Assembly (NCBI GenBank): GCA_965364895.1
Contig: CBDTZL010000003.1
Span: 1 to 34,262 of the forward strand
Direction: 5' to 3'
Origin: an uncultured bacterium
Lineage (GTDB): Bacteria; Chloroflexota; Anaerolineae; Anaerolineales; E44-bin32
DNA length: 34,262 nucleotides
Notes under the pieces: generated by a model
Databases searched by the model: none
Seen by the model: the letters and a program-made list of their open reading frames with translations, nothing else
What the model was told of the DNA's origin: nothing
Made by a program: the position numbers and the translations under genes
Shown: piece by piece, positions 1-9,976 of the stretch
Position numbering within the stretch: the stretch's first letter is position 1
How the letters are laid out: the number at the start of each line of letters is the position of its first letter

Positions 1-189
1 GAATACTTAAATCTATCGTTGGAAGTGATCATCAACGAGGATCTGGAACCGACCGCGACGGCCGTCCGTAACGCGTGCCGGACGGCGACCGCCCCGCCCC
101 CCGCACCTCGACCCACAGCCACCGCTACCGCTATCGCGGGTGGAACGGAACTTCCGCCTCCAGACGAAACTCCCACACCGGAAGGTTGA
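1..189 (+). CDS. Partial CDS (3' end), hypothetical protein with Pro/Thr-rich C-terminal tail
   Basis: Frame 1 is open from base 1 (EYLNLSLEVIINEDLEPTATAV...PPPAPRPTATAT...ETPTPEG*). Its stop TGA at 187-189 overlaps the next ATG (TGATG coupling). Confidence 0.7.
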   Translation, partial: EYLNLSLEVIINEDLEPTATAVRNACRTATAPPPAPRPTATATAIAGGTELPPPDETPTPEG

Positions 190-674
190 TGCTAGAACAA
201 GCCGCCCTCACCCTCGCGTTCTGGCTACACATGGCGGCTACGATTGTGTGGATTGGCGGACTTTTCTACCAGGCGGTCGTCGTAAACCCAGCGCTCGAAC
301 GCTTCCCAGAGCAGCGCGGTCGGCTCGCAAACGATTTACGGCGCCGATTCCAACCGTTGGCCTGGCTGAGCCTCTTTGTACTCATTGGAACCGGTTTGCT
401 CCAGATGTCAGGGAATCCAAACTATGAAGGGCTCTTTGCAGTCTCCAACCCCTGGTCACGCTCTATCCTGGCAAAGCACGTTGCGATTGGGGTGATGGTG
501 CTCGTAGCCGCTTACCAGACCTGGGTGCTGAACCCTCGCCTGTCCCTTCTGGCATTGAAGCAGGAAGCTGCCGCCTCCGATCAAGTTGCTGGCGACATTT
601 CGCGCTTGAACCGCGTGAGTTTGGCGCTCGGCATGCTCGTTCTAGGGCTTACGGCGCTAGCAAGAACCGCTTAA
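189..674 (+). CDS. CopD/DUF4149-like membrane protein (~4 TM)
   Basis: MLEQAALTLAFWLHMAATIVWIGGLFY...LIGTGLLQM...LAKH matches the CopD-like H..A..W.GG, TG and K-H pattern. Start moved from 75 to the coupled ATG at 189. Confidence 0.7.
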   Translation: MLEQAALTLAFWLHMAATIVWIGGLFYQAVVVNPALERFPEQRGRLANDLRRRFQPLAWLSLFVLIGTGLLQMSGNPNYEGLFAVSNPWSRSILAKHVAIGVMVLVAAYQTWVLNPRLSLLALKQEAAASDQVAGDISRLNRVSLALGMLVLGLTALARTA

Positions 675-829
675 TACGAGCCGTATTACGCGCGGCATCC
701 GCGTCATTGCCGCTCTCACGCGGATCGCCTGAGCACTTCTCTGTGCCGCTCCTTCAATCTCAAATGCCATCGCCCAGCACCCACGGGCATACAACTTGCA
801 TCTTTGTGAGCGGAGGCCTCGAACATCCG

Positions 830-1291
830 ATGATATTGCAGTTGTCGCTCTGGGCTGGGATTGTAGCGCTCTACCTTGGGATTGCCGGCGCGGTGGGTGT
901 ATTCACCCGCCAGGCAAAGATTGGAAAAGGCGACGCGAAGGATGGATTGCTTGCCGCCTTCTATTCGATTGCGCTCTTCATCCTCACCTCGGCTCTCGTT
1001 CTATCGATAGCTGATTGGTCGGCCGCCATGCGGGGCTTGATTCTGGCGCTTGGGGCAGCTGCAGTTTGGGCAGCCTACACTCGGCCAGATTGGATTCCAG
1101 AGTTCGCATGGCAGCGCACTTTCGCGCATCGCTACCTTGCGGGCGCGATGGCATTAGCCGCACTCTGGGGGATTGGCCAAGCTATGGCGGGGTCCTCGGT
1201 AGCGCCACTATTGATTTCGATTTCAGCGATGGCAGCCGCAGCTGCCTCATCAGGCACTTCAATAAAGACATCCTCGATCGACGCAAGCTAG
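830..1291 (+). CDS. Hypothetical integral membrane protein (~5 TM)
   Basis: Hydrophobic ORF MILQLSLWAGIVALYLG...; GGAGG at 812-816 precedes ATG 830. No family recognised. Confidence 0.65.
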   Translation: MILQLSLWAGIVALYLGIAGAVGVFTRQAKIGKGDAKDGLLAAFYSIALFILTSALVLSIADWSAAMRGLILALGAAAVWAAYTRPDWIPEFAWQRTFAHRYLAGAMALAALWGIGQAMAGSSVAPLLISISAMAAAAASSGTSIKTSSIDAS

Positions 1292-1367
1292 ACGCCTCTC
1301 AAAATCCCAAATTCTGAGTGAGGTAAAATGACTCGCCTGGTTTTCCCGAGGCAACTCAAGGTACCTA

Positions 1368-2303
1368 ATGTTCGAACTCATCTTCTTAGGCACATCGGCT
1401 TCGGCCCCTTCTGTACACCGCGGGCTTAGCGCCCACATTGTCAGCTTCCGCGACTATCGCATCCTCATTGACTGTGGCGAGGGCACCCAACGCCAGATTC
1501 TCCGATCGGGGATCGGGTTCAGACGGCTGAATCGAATACTCATCACGCATGGCCACCTGGACCACATTCTGGGGCTGGCCGGCCTTCTTTCCACCTTTGC
1601 CCGATGGGAAGCGGTCGAAGAACTGGAGATCTGGGGCAGCGCCTGGGCGCTGGAACGCATTCACGATCTGCTGTTCGGCGTAGTCCTCCGCGGGGCGCGT
1701 CCACCAGTAAAAATTGATCTCACGCCCATTGAACCGGGCGTCTTGATCGAGGACGAACACTTTCAGCTCTCGGCATTCCCTGTGGAGCATCGCGGGCCTG
1801 GAACGTTCGGCTTTTCCTTCGAGCAGACGGCCCGCCGCCCATTCCTGCCGCAGCGTGCAACGGAGCTTGGCGTTCCTGTTGGGCCTGTGCGACGTGAACT
1901 CGTTCGAGGGCAGAGCGTTGAACTATCGGATGGGACGGTGGTTGAGCCCGAGCAGGTCTTGGGACCCCCTCGGCGGGGTACACGCTTAATTCATGTGGGG
2001 GATTGCGGCAGCACCGAAGGCCTTCTCAAGCAGTGCGAGGGAGCGGATGGCCTGGTGATTGAAGCCACCTATCTCGAATCGGAGGCCGAACTAGCTAAGA
2101 ATTTCGGACACCTCACCGCCAGACAAGCAGCAGAACTCGCCAAGCGGGCCGGCGTCGGACATCTGTACCTTACACATATATCGCGGCGTTACAGGGAGCA
2201 AGAGGTTCGTAGAGAAGCCCAGTCAATATTTCCAAACGTTACCGTTGCACGCGACTTTGACCGGTTCAAGATTCGGCGCGACGAACAAGCTTCGACTCCG
2301 TAG
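1368..2303 (+). CDS. rnz: Ribonuclease Z (tRNase Z)
   Basis: ELIFLGTSASAPS, DCGEGTQRQ, THGHLDH metallo-beta-lactamase motif, GVPVGP exosite, EATY, HLT, THISRRY, ARD. Confidence 0.95.
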   Translation: MFELIFLGTSASAPSVHRGLSAHIVSFRDYRILIDCGEGTQRQILRSGIGFRRLNRILITHGHLDHILGLAGLLSTFARWEAVEELEIWGSAWALERIHDLLFGVVLRGARPPVKIDLTPIEPGVLIEDEHFQLSAFPVEHRGPGTFGFSFEQTARRPFLPQRATELGVPVGPVRRELVRGQSVELSDGTVVEPEQVLGPPRRGTRLIHVGDCGSTEGLLKQCEGADGLVIEATYLESEAELAKNFGHLTARQAAELAKRAGVGHLYLTHISRRYREQEVRREAQSIFPNVTVARDFDRFKIRRDEQASTP

Positions 2304-2311
2304 AGCGTATC

Positions 2312-2611
2312 TCAGGGGTCACCTGTCGCGGCAGTTCCACGCACATTAAAGCTGGTCAAGGAATCCACGGGTTCATCCCAATCTACTTCGATGCTGTCAA
2401 CCTTTGCGGCGGGCGGGCCGTTCTGGGACCATTCCAGAACCTGCTCGATGCCTGCCTTCTCGCCTTCGAAGACCGCCTCCACTCTACCGTCCGCAAGATT
2501 GCGCACCCAGCCTCTCAGTCCGTGCTTGAGCGCTTCATGGTATGTGAAATAACGGAAGCTAACCCCTTGCACGCTTCCAGAGATATATGCGTGTGCTCGA
2601 CTGTCAGCCAT
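2312..2611 (-). CDS. acyP: Acylphosphatase
   Basis: SGSVQGVSFR and GWVRNLADGRVEAVFEG, GPPAAKV signatures. 30 bp downstream of nuoN with a GGGGAGGG RBS. Confidence 0.93.
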   Translation of the reverse strand: MADSRAHAYISGSVQGVSFRYFTYHEALKHGLRGWVRNLADGRVEAVFEGEKAGIEQVLEWSQNGPPAAKVDSIEVDWDEPVDSLTSFNVRGTAATGDP

Positions 2612-2641
2612 GTCCGCACCCTCCCCTTCGTCCCACAGCTC

Positions 2642-4081
2642 TTACGGGGCTATGAACCCCGCGTTCCCCGCCAGGATCAAGATTGGGCCCGGCAGTACTC
2701 CGAGAAGAATGGTTGCCAGGGCCGTCAAGCCTACCGTGCGATTCAGCCAACCTTCAGATCGAGTCTCGGGCTCTCCAGATCGCATGTACATCATCACCAC
2801 TACCCTCAGGTAATAGTACGCGGAAACCAGGGAGGTCACAACGCCGACGAGCGCCAAACCGATCAATCCGGCCTCAATCGTCACGCTGAAGACCAGAAAC
2901 TTGCCAATAAATCCTACCGTCGGTGGGACTCCGATGAGCGACAGCATGAAGATCGCCATCGCGAGCGCAAGCGCCGGGCGGCGCCGCCCAAGGCCAGCGT
3001 AATCTTCAATCAACAACCCACGGCCCTCCGATCGCTCCAGCGTAAGGACTACCGCCCAGGCTCCCAGATTTGAGAATAGGTAGGCGAACAGGTAGAACAA
3101 GGCCGCGCTCACGGCCTTATCGGCAACGCGGGGATCGGATGCCGCAGCAAGGGCCATCAGCAGATAACCAGCATGCGCGATGCTTGAGTACGCGAGCATG
3201 CGCTTGATATTGGTTTGAGCGATCGCAGCCACATTGCCCCAAATCATTGTTGCAGCAGAGACCGCAACCACGACCGGGCCCCAGGCCTGCGCAAGTCCTG
3301 GTAATGCGGCAATGAATATCCGTAAGAGCGCTGCAAAGCCCGCTACTTTTGCTCCGACCGACATGAATGCCACCGCGGCCGATGGGGCGCCCTCATAAAC
3401 GTCTGGCGTCCACATGTGGAATGGAACCGCGGCGACTTTAAATCCCAGACCTACCAGAAGCATGGGCACCGCGATGATCAGTAAGGTCAGATCGGCCTGG
3501 TCGCCGCCAATCGATTGCGCAACGCCGGCCATGTTTGTGGTTCCTGTGGCTCCGAAGATAAGTGCGATTCCGTACACCAGAAAGGCGGACGAGAAGGCGC
3601 CCAGGATGAAGTACTTCATCGCCGCTTCTTCCGAGCCCTTTTCAGGGCGCGCAAAACCTGACATGACGTAAAGCGGCAGCGAGAGCAGCTCGATGGCTAG
3701 GAAGACCAGAATGAGATCTCCAGCCAGGCTCATCAGCAGCATTCCTGCCACAGTGAACAGCATGAGCGCGTAGTACTCTCCACGCTCCATGTGCATCCGG
3801 CGGAGATAGTCGTAGGCCACTGCAATACCCAACAGTGCGGTCGCCAATATTACGATCTGCAGGAAATCGGAGAAGCTGTCGGCCACGATCATCCCATCGA
3901 AGGCGACCTGCTCGCTGCCAAATCGCATGATCACCACGACCAGCGCAAGGGTCACGCCTACCGCACTTAAGATCGCAACGATGCCCTTGTTGGAAACAAA
4001 CAGGTCGACCATGAGCAACACGATCGCCCAAATGGAGATGATCAGAAAAGGAAGCGCGGGGAGCAGGTCGGAGGTGCTCAC
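2642..4081 (-). CDS. nuoN: NADH-quinone oxidoreductase subunit N
   Basis: EAAMKYFILG, FKVAAVPFHMWTPDVYEGAP, KRMLAYSSIAHAGY. Confidence 0.97.
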   Translation of the reverse strand: MSTSDLLPALPFLIISIWAIVLLMVDLFVSNKGIVAILSAVGVTLALVVVIMRFGSEQVAFDGMIVADSFSDFLQIVILATALLGIAVAYDYLRRMHMERGEYYALMLFTVAGMLLMSLAGDLILVFLAIELLSLPLYVMSGFARPEKGSEEAAMKYFILGAFSSAFLVYGIALIFGATGTTNMAGVAQSIGGDQADLTLLIIAVPMLLVGLGFKVAAVPFHMWTPDVYEGAPSAAVAFMSVGAKVAGFAALLRIFIAALPGLAQAWGPVVVAVSAATMIWGNVAAIAQTNIKRMLAYSSIAHAGYLLMALAAASDPRVADKAVSAALFYLFAYLFSNLGAWAVVLTLERSEGRGLLIEDYAGLGRRRPALALAMAIFMLSLIGVPPTVGFIGKFLVFSVTIEAGLIGLALVGVVTSLVSAYYYLRVVVMMYMRSGEPETRSEGWLNRTVGLTALATILLGVLPGPILILAGNAGFIAP

Positions 4082-5580
4082 GGCATCGCGATGGCTGCGG
4101 TGTGCACCAATTCCACTAGTTTCTCGACTGAAGCTTCGGTCAGCCCAAAGAAAGGCTTCGGGTAAAGTCCAATCCAGAATATCAAGATCACGATTGGTAC
4201 CAACGTCAGCAGCTCTCTCCGACTGACGTCCGGGAGATGCTTATTCTTGTCGTTGTCCAGTGGCCCCAAGAAAAGTTTCTGAAACATGTAGAGCAGATAG
4301 ACCGCAGTCAGGATAATGCCGGTCGCGGCGAACACCGTGAACCACACAGAGCCAATCGCAATGGACCCCCACGACCCGACCAGTATGGTGAACTCGCCTA
4401 CAAAGCCGTTCAGCCCGGGAAGGCCCATGGAGGAAAGCGTTACGATCAACGTCAGCCCAGCAAGAACTGGCATTACCTTCCACAGGCCACCAAAGGCATT
4501 CAGTTCCCGCGTATGGCGCCGTTCGTAGATGATCCCGACAATCAAAAAGAGTGCTCCTGTGCTCAAACCATGATTGATCATTTGCAGGATGCCGCCCTGC
4601 AAACCCTGAAGATTGAGCGCAAACAATCCCAGCATGACAAATCCGAGGTGGCTCACCGATGAGTAAGCCACTAATTTCTTAAGATCTTTTTGCGCGTATG
4701 ACACGGCCGCGCCATAGATGATCCCGATCACCGCAAGCAGTGCCACCCATGGCGCCAGTTGGATAGAAGCATCCGGAAACATTCCCAGGTTAAAACGCAG
4801 GAATCCATAGGTACCCATTTTCAGTAGCACGCCGGCAAGGATCACAGAGCCTGCGGTCGGAGCCTCCACGTGGGCATCCGGCAACCAGGAGTGCAGCGGC
4901 CACATCGGCACCTTGATTGCGAACGCTGCAGCAAATGCCAAGAATAGCCAGAACTGCGCGTTGGCCGGAATCGCCTGCGCTTCGATCAAATCTGGGACCG
5001 CAAACGTTCCGGCATCCAGCCCAAGCCAGATGATAGCCAAAAGCATGAAAATCGAACCCGCCATGGTGTAGAGGAAGAATTTGACGGCGGCATACATCCG
5101 GTTTTCCCCGCCCCAAACGCCGATCAAGAAATACATCGGTACCAGCGTAAATTCCCAGAAAATGTAGAAAAGAAATAAGTCCATGCCGAGGAAGACGCCC
5201 ACCATGCCAATTTCGAGCAGCAGGAAAAAGATCATGAATTCCCGCACTCGATCCTGAATGGCGTTCCAGGTAGAGATAATGGCCAGAACGGTGAGGAAGG
5301 TTGTGAGCAGAACCAGCAGTATGCTGAGCCCGTCCACGCCGAGGAAGTACTCGATGTGCAGATCGCCGATGCTGAACCAAGGCACTCTAACAACCATCTG
5401 TAGATCCGGATCGCTTGGGTCAAACGCTGCCAGCATCACCAATGAAAGCCCAAAGGTGACAATAGCCGTGATAAGCGCAGTCCAGCGTATGGTCGATTCC
5501 TTCTCCTTACGAAGGAACAACATGACGACAACGCCTACCAGTGGAGAAAATGTTACGAGGGTGAGGGTCCAAGCTTCCAT
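4078..5580 (-). CDS. nuoM: NADH-quinone oxidoreductase subunit M
   Basis: FYIFWE, AIKVPMWPLHSWLPDAHVEAPT, LKMGTYG, AYSSVSH, GLPGLNGFVGEF. Confidence 0.97.
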   Translation of the reverse strand: MEAWTLTLVTFSPLVGVVVMLFLRKEKESTIRWTALITAIVTFGLSLVMLAAFDPSDPDLQMVVRVPWFSIGDLHIEYFLGVDGLSILLVLLTTFLTVLAIISTWNAIQDRVREFMIFFLLLEIGMVGVFLGMDLFLFYIFWEFTLVPMYFLIGVWGGENRMYAAVKFFLYTMAGSIFMLLAIIWLGLDAGTFAVPDLIEAQAIPANAQFWLFLAFAAAFAIKVPMWPLHSWLPDAHVEAPTAGSVILAGVLLKMGTYGFLRFNLGMFPDASIQLAPWVALLAVIGIIYGAAVSYAQKDLKKLVAYSSVSHLGFVMLGLFALNLQGLQGGILQMINHGLSTGALFLIVGIIYERRHTRELNAFGGLWKVMPVLAGLTLIVTLSSMGLPGLNGFVGEFTILVGSWGSIAIGSVWFTVFAATGIILTAVYLLYMFQKLFLGPLDNDKNKHLPDVSRRELLTLVPIVILIFWIGLYPKPFFGLTEASVEKLVELVHTAAIAMP

Positions 5581-5596
5581 ATGGTTTCCCTGATCT

Positions 5597-7642
5597 CTAG
5601 CGCAACAGTAAGTAGCTCACTACAAGCACCAATCCTATGAGCACTGCGATGGCGTAGTTGCGCACATACCCCGTCTGCAACGTCGCCAGCCCGCCGGCAC
5701 CTCTGCGCGTGAGCGCTCCCATGCCATCAAATCCGCGGTCGATGATTCCAAGATCAAATGCACGCGCTAGCCAATTCGTGCCTCTTACGAAGTATTGAGC
5801 GATCACGGTATCGTGCACCCAATCGTGCAAAAATCGCTCGTCAACCACTTCGGCAAGCCAGCGCGTGAGCGAGATATATCGTCTAACGATCAGCCAGTCA
5901 TAAAATTCATCAACCCACCAGCGGGCGCTGATCGCGGTCCATACCGGACCCAGCTTCGATTGCAGAGGATCCTTTCCGCCCGACTTTATTGGGGGGCGGC
6001 CGTAAACGAGCCAGGCCAGTCCAATAGAGACCAGTGCCAGAATGGTGGTGAAGATCGCGATCGCAGCAATGAATTCCGGTTCGTGAATTCCCTCCAATGT
6101 GTCTTCGAGGAAGTGTGTAAGCGGGAGCAGGCCAGGTCCATTGATGAGGCCCCCGCCCACCGCCAGAATTGCCAGCGCCACCAGCGGAGCCACCATAACG
6201 CTCGGACTTTCCTTTGCCGCTTCCGCAGCCTTCGAGCGTGGTTCGCCGAAGAAGACCATGATTATCTGGCGAGCCATATAAAAAGCTGTCAGGAAGGCGG
6301 AGATCACCAACACCCAGTAGACCACCGGGCTCACCAGGGAGGCATCGGCAAGGATTTCGTCTTTTGAGAAAAAGCCAGCAAGCGGCGGAATTCCAACTAG
6401 CGCCAGCGCGCCGACGAGATACACCCAGAAGGTGGCCTTCATCCGCGTTCGCAGGCCTCCCATGTTGCGCATGTCATTCGGATTGAAATCGTCGTTGTGA
6501 GAGTCAGCATGGTGATGGCCATGCTCCACTCCCTGGATCACAGAACCAGCCGAGAGAAACAGCAGCGCCTTGAAAAAGGCATGCGCCACGAGATGGAAGA
6601 TAGCAGCTACGTAAGCCCCAATACCCACCGCGGCAATCATGAAACCTAATTGACTGATGGTGGAATAGGCGAGCACGCGCTTGATGTCAAATCTGGCTAC
6701 TGCAATGGTGGCTGCAAAGAGCGCGGTAGCGGCACCAACAATGGCAATAATGTCTGGAGTTATCGTGGCCAACTCGAGTAGTACCGCATTGCGTACGAGC
6801 ATATAGATGCCGGCGGTCACCATGGTGGCGGCATGGATGAGGGCCGAGACCGGTGTCGGACCGGCCATCGCATCTGGCAGCCAGACGAAGAGTGGGATTT
6901 GGGCTGACTTGCCGGCCGCCCCAACAAACAGAAAGAAAGTGATGGCCGTAGCCGCGGTGGCGGCTGCAGGCCCCATGAAGAGCGCTTCGTGAAATACCTC
7001 CTCGAAGGTCAGGGTGCCAAAGAACCAGAACGTGATGAGCATGGCGATAATGAATCCGAAGTCGCCAATGCGATTAACGACGAAGGCCTTCTTACCCGCC
7101 AACGCATTCCCGATCCCGTCCTTGCCCTTTTCGTACCAGAAGCTGATCAGCAGGTAGGAGCACAAGCCGACGCCTTCCCAGCCGACGAACATCGTGAGGT
7201 AGCTGTTGCCGGTGACCAGTAGCAGCATGGCCGCCATGAAGAGGCCAAAGTAGACGAAAAACCGCGGGTAACGTGACGGATCACCCTGAAAGCGGACATC
7301 ATCGTGCATGTAGCCGGTGGCATAGATATGAATCAGTCCCCCTACACCGGTGACCATCAACAGCATGGTGACGGACAAGGTGTCGATTTGGAGAGCCCAC
7401 TCGACCTCAAGCTGTCCGACGACGATCCACTCTGCGATGTGAACCGTGCTGCCTTCGGGTTGCATCCCCAGCGCTATCAGCTGGAGAAGAGCAACCACAA
7501 ACGCCAGTCCAACCGCCGCGCTGGCTACAATCCCCACCCCACGCTCTCCGATGCGGCGGCCGACGATCAGGTTGATCAACAACCCCAGAAGCGGGAAGAT
7601 GATCAACAGCGGGGCCAGGCTGAACAGGGTTTCTGCGGTCAT
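5597..7642 (-). CDS. nuoL: NADH-quinone oxidoreductase subunit L (lateral helix extended)
   Basis: [62 protein letters not shown]-terminal QTGY. Confidence 0.97.
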   Translation of the reverse strand: MTAETLFSLAPLLIIFPLLGLLINLIVGRRIGERGVGIVASAAVGLAFVVALLQLIALGMQPEGSTVHIAEWIVVGQLEVEWALQIDTLSVTMLLMVTGVGGLIHIYATGYMHDDVRFQGDPSRYPRFFVYFGLFMAAMLLLVTGNSYLTMFVGWEGVGLCSYLLISFWYEKGKDGIGNALAGKKAFVVNRIGDFGFIIAMLITFWFFGTLTFEEVFHEALFMGPAAATAATAITFFLFVGAAGKSAQIPLFVWLPDAMAGPTPVSALIHAATMVTAGIYMLVRNAVLLELATITPDIIAIVGAATALFAATIAVARFDIKRVLAYSTISQLGFMIAAVGIGAYVAAIFHLVAHAFFKALLFLSAGSVIQGVEHGHHHADSHNDDFNPNDMRNMGGLRTRMKATFWVYLVGALALVGIPPLAGFFSKDEILADASLVSPVVYWVLVISAFLTAFYMARQIIMVFFGEPRSKAAEAAKESPSVMVAPLVALAILAVGGGLINGPGLLPLTHFLEDTLEGIHEPEFIAAIAIFTTILALVSIGLAWLVYGRPPIKSGGKDPLQSKLGPVWTAISARWWVDEFYDWLIVRRYISLTRWLAEVVDERFLHDWVHDTVIAQYFVRGTNWLARAFDLGIIDRGFDGMGALTRRGAGGLATLQTGYVRNYAIAVLIGLVLVVSYLLLR

Positions 7643-7950
7643 CCTTTGAGATCGCTCACCAAATCGACGTCGATGCTGCTCCGGTTACGGTAAATGGAAA
7701 CAATCAGCGCCAGGCCGACCGCTACCTCAGCCGCTGCGACCGCAATAACAAAAAATACGAACACCTGGCCTCCGAGAACACCCCTGGATCGCGCAAAACC
7801 AACGAAAGCCAGGTTAGCGGCATTCAACATGAGTTCCACTGACATAAACATCACAATGGCGTTTCGCCGAATCAGCACACCCAGAGCCCCAAGCGTGAAC
7901 AATACGCCGGAGAGAACAAGGATGTGGGTCATTGAAACTCCAGGGATCAT
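7639..7950 (-). CDS. nuoK: NADH-quinone oxidoreductase subunit K
   Basis: [30 protein letters not shown]. Confidence 0.97.
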   Translation of the reverse strand: MIPGVSMTHILVLSGVLFTLGALGVLIRRNAIVMFMSVELMLNAANLAFVGFARSRGVLGGQVFVFFVIAVAAAEVAVGLALIVSIYRNRSSIDVDLVSDLKG

Positions 7951-8459
7951 GTCGTACGCTCCCAGCGCGTCAGGACAATCGCACCAACCATAGCGGCCAA
8001 CAGCAGCAGCGAAGTTACCTCGAAAGGGATCAGATATTCGTTGAACAGCAATGTTCCGACACTGGCCGGGCTGCCAAACCCCTCCGCGATTTCAGCGAAC
8101 TCACCGGCCGGATCGGCGGGCAAAACAAAGGCCACGACAATGAATTGAATGATGAGCGCATAGCTAAGCACGAGCGCCGCCGCAAATTGCCAGCGGTGGC
8201 TTGGAGTAGATTCGACGTTCTCCGTTCCCAACAGCATGATCACGAATATGAATAGCACCATGATGGCGCCTGCATAGACCGCCACCTGCACCATGGCAAT
8301 AAAGGGCGCGGATAGGAGCAGGTAGAGCACGGCCACCGTCAGGAATACAATCACCAGGAAAAGCGCGGAATACACCGCATTGCGGCTGATGAGCATCGCA
8401 ATAGAAGCGGAAATTGCTACGGCAGCCAGACTCAGAAAGATTGCGAGTTCAATAGTCAT
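7947..8459 (-). CDS. nuoJ: NADH-quinone oxidoreductase subunit J
   Basis: [46 protein letters not shown]. Confidence 0.96.
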   Translation of the reverse strand: MTIELAIFLSLAAVAISASIAMLISRNAVYSALFLVIVFLTVAVLYLLLSAPFIAMVQVAVYAGAIMVLFIFVIMLLGTENVESTPSHRWQFAAALVLSYALIIQFIVVAFVLPADPAGEFAEIAEGFGSPASVGTLLFNEYLIPFEVTSLLLLAAMVGAIVLTRWERTT

Positions 8460-8462
8460 TCG

Positions 8463-8966
8463 TTACTGCGGATCGTCCATTTCTGGAATGGCACGATCAA
8501 ATTCACCTGGCGTGGTTTTCATCGGAGTCGGCTGGCCCGCCTCCGGCACAGGTACGAGCAACATGTCACGGGTGTAGATCGCATCTCGACGATTGGTGTA
8601 CGAGAGCTCATAGTTGTGTTCGAGCACGATGGCCTCTGTCGGGCAGGCGTCTTCGCAATACCCGCAGAAGATGCAGCGCATCATGTTGATCTCATAGGTG
8701 CTGGCGTAGCGTTCCCCAGGAGAATACCGATCCGCATCGGTGTTCTCCGCCGATTCCACGAAGATGGCGTCCGCCGGGCAGGCGGCTTCGCACAGTGAGC
8801 AGCCGATGCACTTCTCCAAGCCGTTGTCGTAGCGCTTTAGTTCGTGTCTCCCCTTGAAGCGCTCCCGCACCGGGCGCTTGATCTCAGGATATTGGTAGGT
8901 CACCGGGCGCTCAAACATCATAGATAGCGTGGTGGCTAATCCGCGCAAGATCTCGAGCGGTTTCAT
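8463..8966 (-). CDS. nuoI: NADH-quinone oxidoreductase subunit I
   Basis: Two CxxCxxCxxxCP motifs (CIGCSLCEAACP, CIFCGYCEDACP). Start set at ATG 8966, overlapping the nuoH stop (ATGA). Confidence 0.96.
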   Translation of the reverse strand: MKPLEILRGLATTLSMMFERPVTYQYPEIKRPVRERFKGRHELKRYDNGLEKCIGCSLCEAACPADAIFVESAENTDADRYSPGERYASTYEINMMRCIFCGYCEDACPTEAIVLEHNYELSYTNRRDAIYTRDMLLVPVPEAGQPTPMKTTPGEFDRAIPEMDDPQ

Positions 8967-9976
8967 AGGTCCAACACCACGATGAGTCCGCCCGTGATGA
9001 CGATATTGAGCAGCGCCACCGGCAGCAAGACCTTCCAACCGAAGGCCATCAGGCGGTCATAACGAAGCCGCGGCAGGGTAGCCCGAATCCAAATCATGAA
9101 GAAAAGTATCACGACCACCTTTAAGAAGAGATATAACGGGCCCAGCAGCCCGATGCGATCCACAAAGGGCCCCCAATAGCCTCCGAGGAATAGGGTGGCG
9201 GCGATGAAGCTGATTGCGATCATCTTTCCATACTCGGCCATAAAAAAGAGCGCAAATTTCATTCCCGAATATTCGGTGTGGTAGCCGGCGGTCAGCTCCT
9301 GCTCCGCTTCCGGCATGTCGAACGGCGCTCGATTGACTTCAGCAACGGCCGCGATCATGAAAATGAGGAACCCGATAGGCTGCAGGACTGCGTACCAGAG
9401 GCCTTGCTGATCGGCCACAATTTTGGCCACGCTCATCGATCCGGCGAGCATGATCGGGCCGACGATAGCCAGCCCCAGCGCAAGCTCATAGCTGATCATT
9501 TGGGCTGAGGCGCGCAACCCTCCTAGCAGCGAGTACTTGCTGTAGGAAGACCAGCCGGCGATGACGATGCCATAGACCGCGATCGAGGCGATCGCAAAGA
9601 TATAGAGAATGCCCACATCGATCTCGGCTGCTAACCCCAAGCTGATCTCCTGCCCGAAGATTACGACGTCCGGACCCAGGGGAACCACCGCCAGGAGCAG
9701 CAGCACGGGTACCACCGTAATGATGGGAGCCAAGATGAAGAGCACTTTGTCGGCTCGATCTGGTATCAGCTCCTCCTTGAACATGAGTTTGATCCCATCA
9801 GCAATGGGCTGCAGAATGCCCGCTGGGCCAGCCCGATTAGGGCCGATGCGGGCTTGCATCCGGGCCAGCGCGCGTCGCTCGAACAGCGTCAAGTAAGCAA
9901 ACCCGCCCAGAATGATGTTGATGAGCACAAAGGATTTGATGGACCATTCGATCAGGCTGCCCAATTCGATTGTCAT
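8963..9976 (-). CDS. nuoH: NADH-quinone oxidoreductase subunit H
   Basis: ERRALARMQARIGPNRAG, QPIADGIKL, SYE, NRAPFDMPEAEQEL, EYSGMKFA, PRLRYD. Confidence 0.97.
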   Translation of the reverse strand: MTIELGSLIEWSIKSFVLINIILGGFAYLTLFERRALARMQARIGPNRAGPAGILQPIADGIKLMFKEELIPDRADKVLFILAPIITVVPVLLLLAVVPLGPDVVIFGQEISLGLAAEIDVGILYIFAIASIAVYGIVIAGWSSYSKYSLLGGLRASAQMISYELALGLAIVGPIMLAGSMSVAKIVADQQGLWYAVLQPIGFLIFMIAAVAEVNRAPFDMPEAEQELTAGYHTEYSGMKFALFFMAEYGKMIAISFIAATLFLGGYWGPFVDRIGLLGPLYLFLKVVVILFFMIWIRATLPRLRYDRLMAFGWKVLLPVALLNIVITGGLIVVLDL

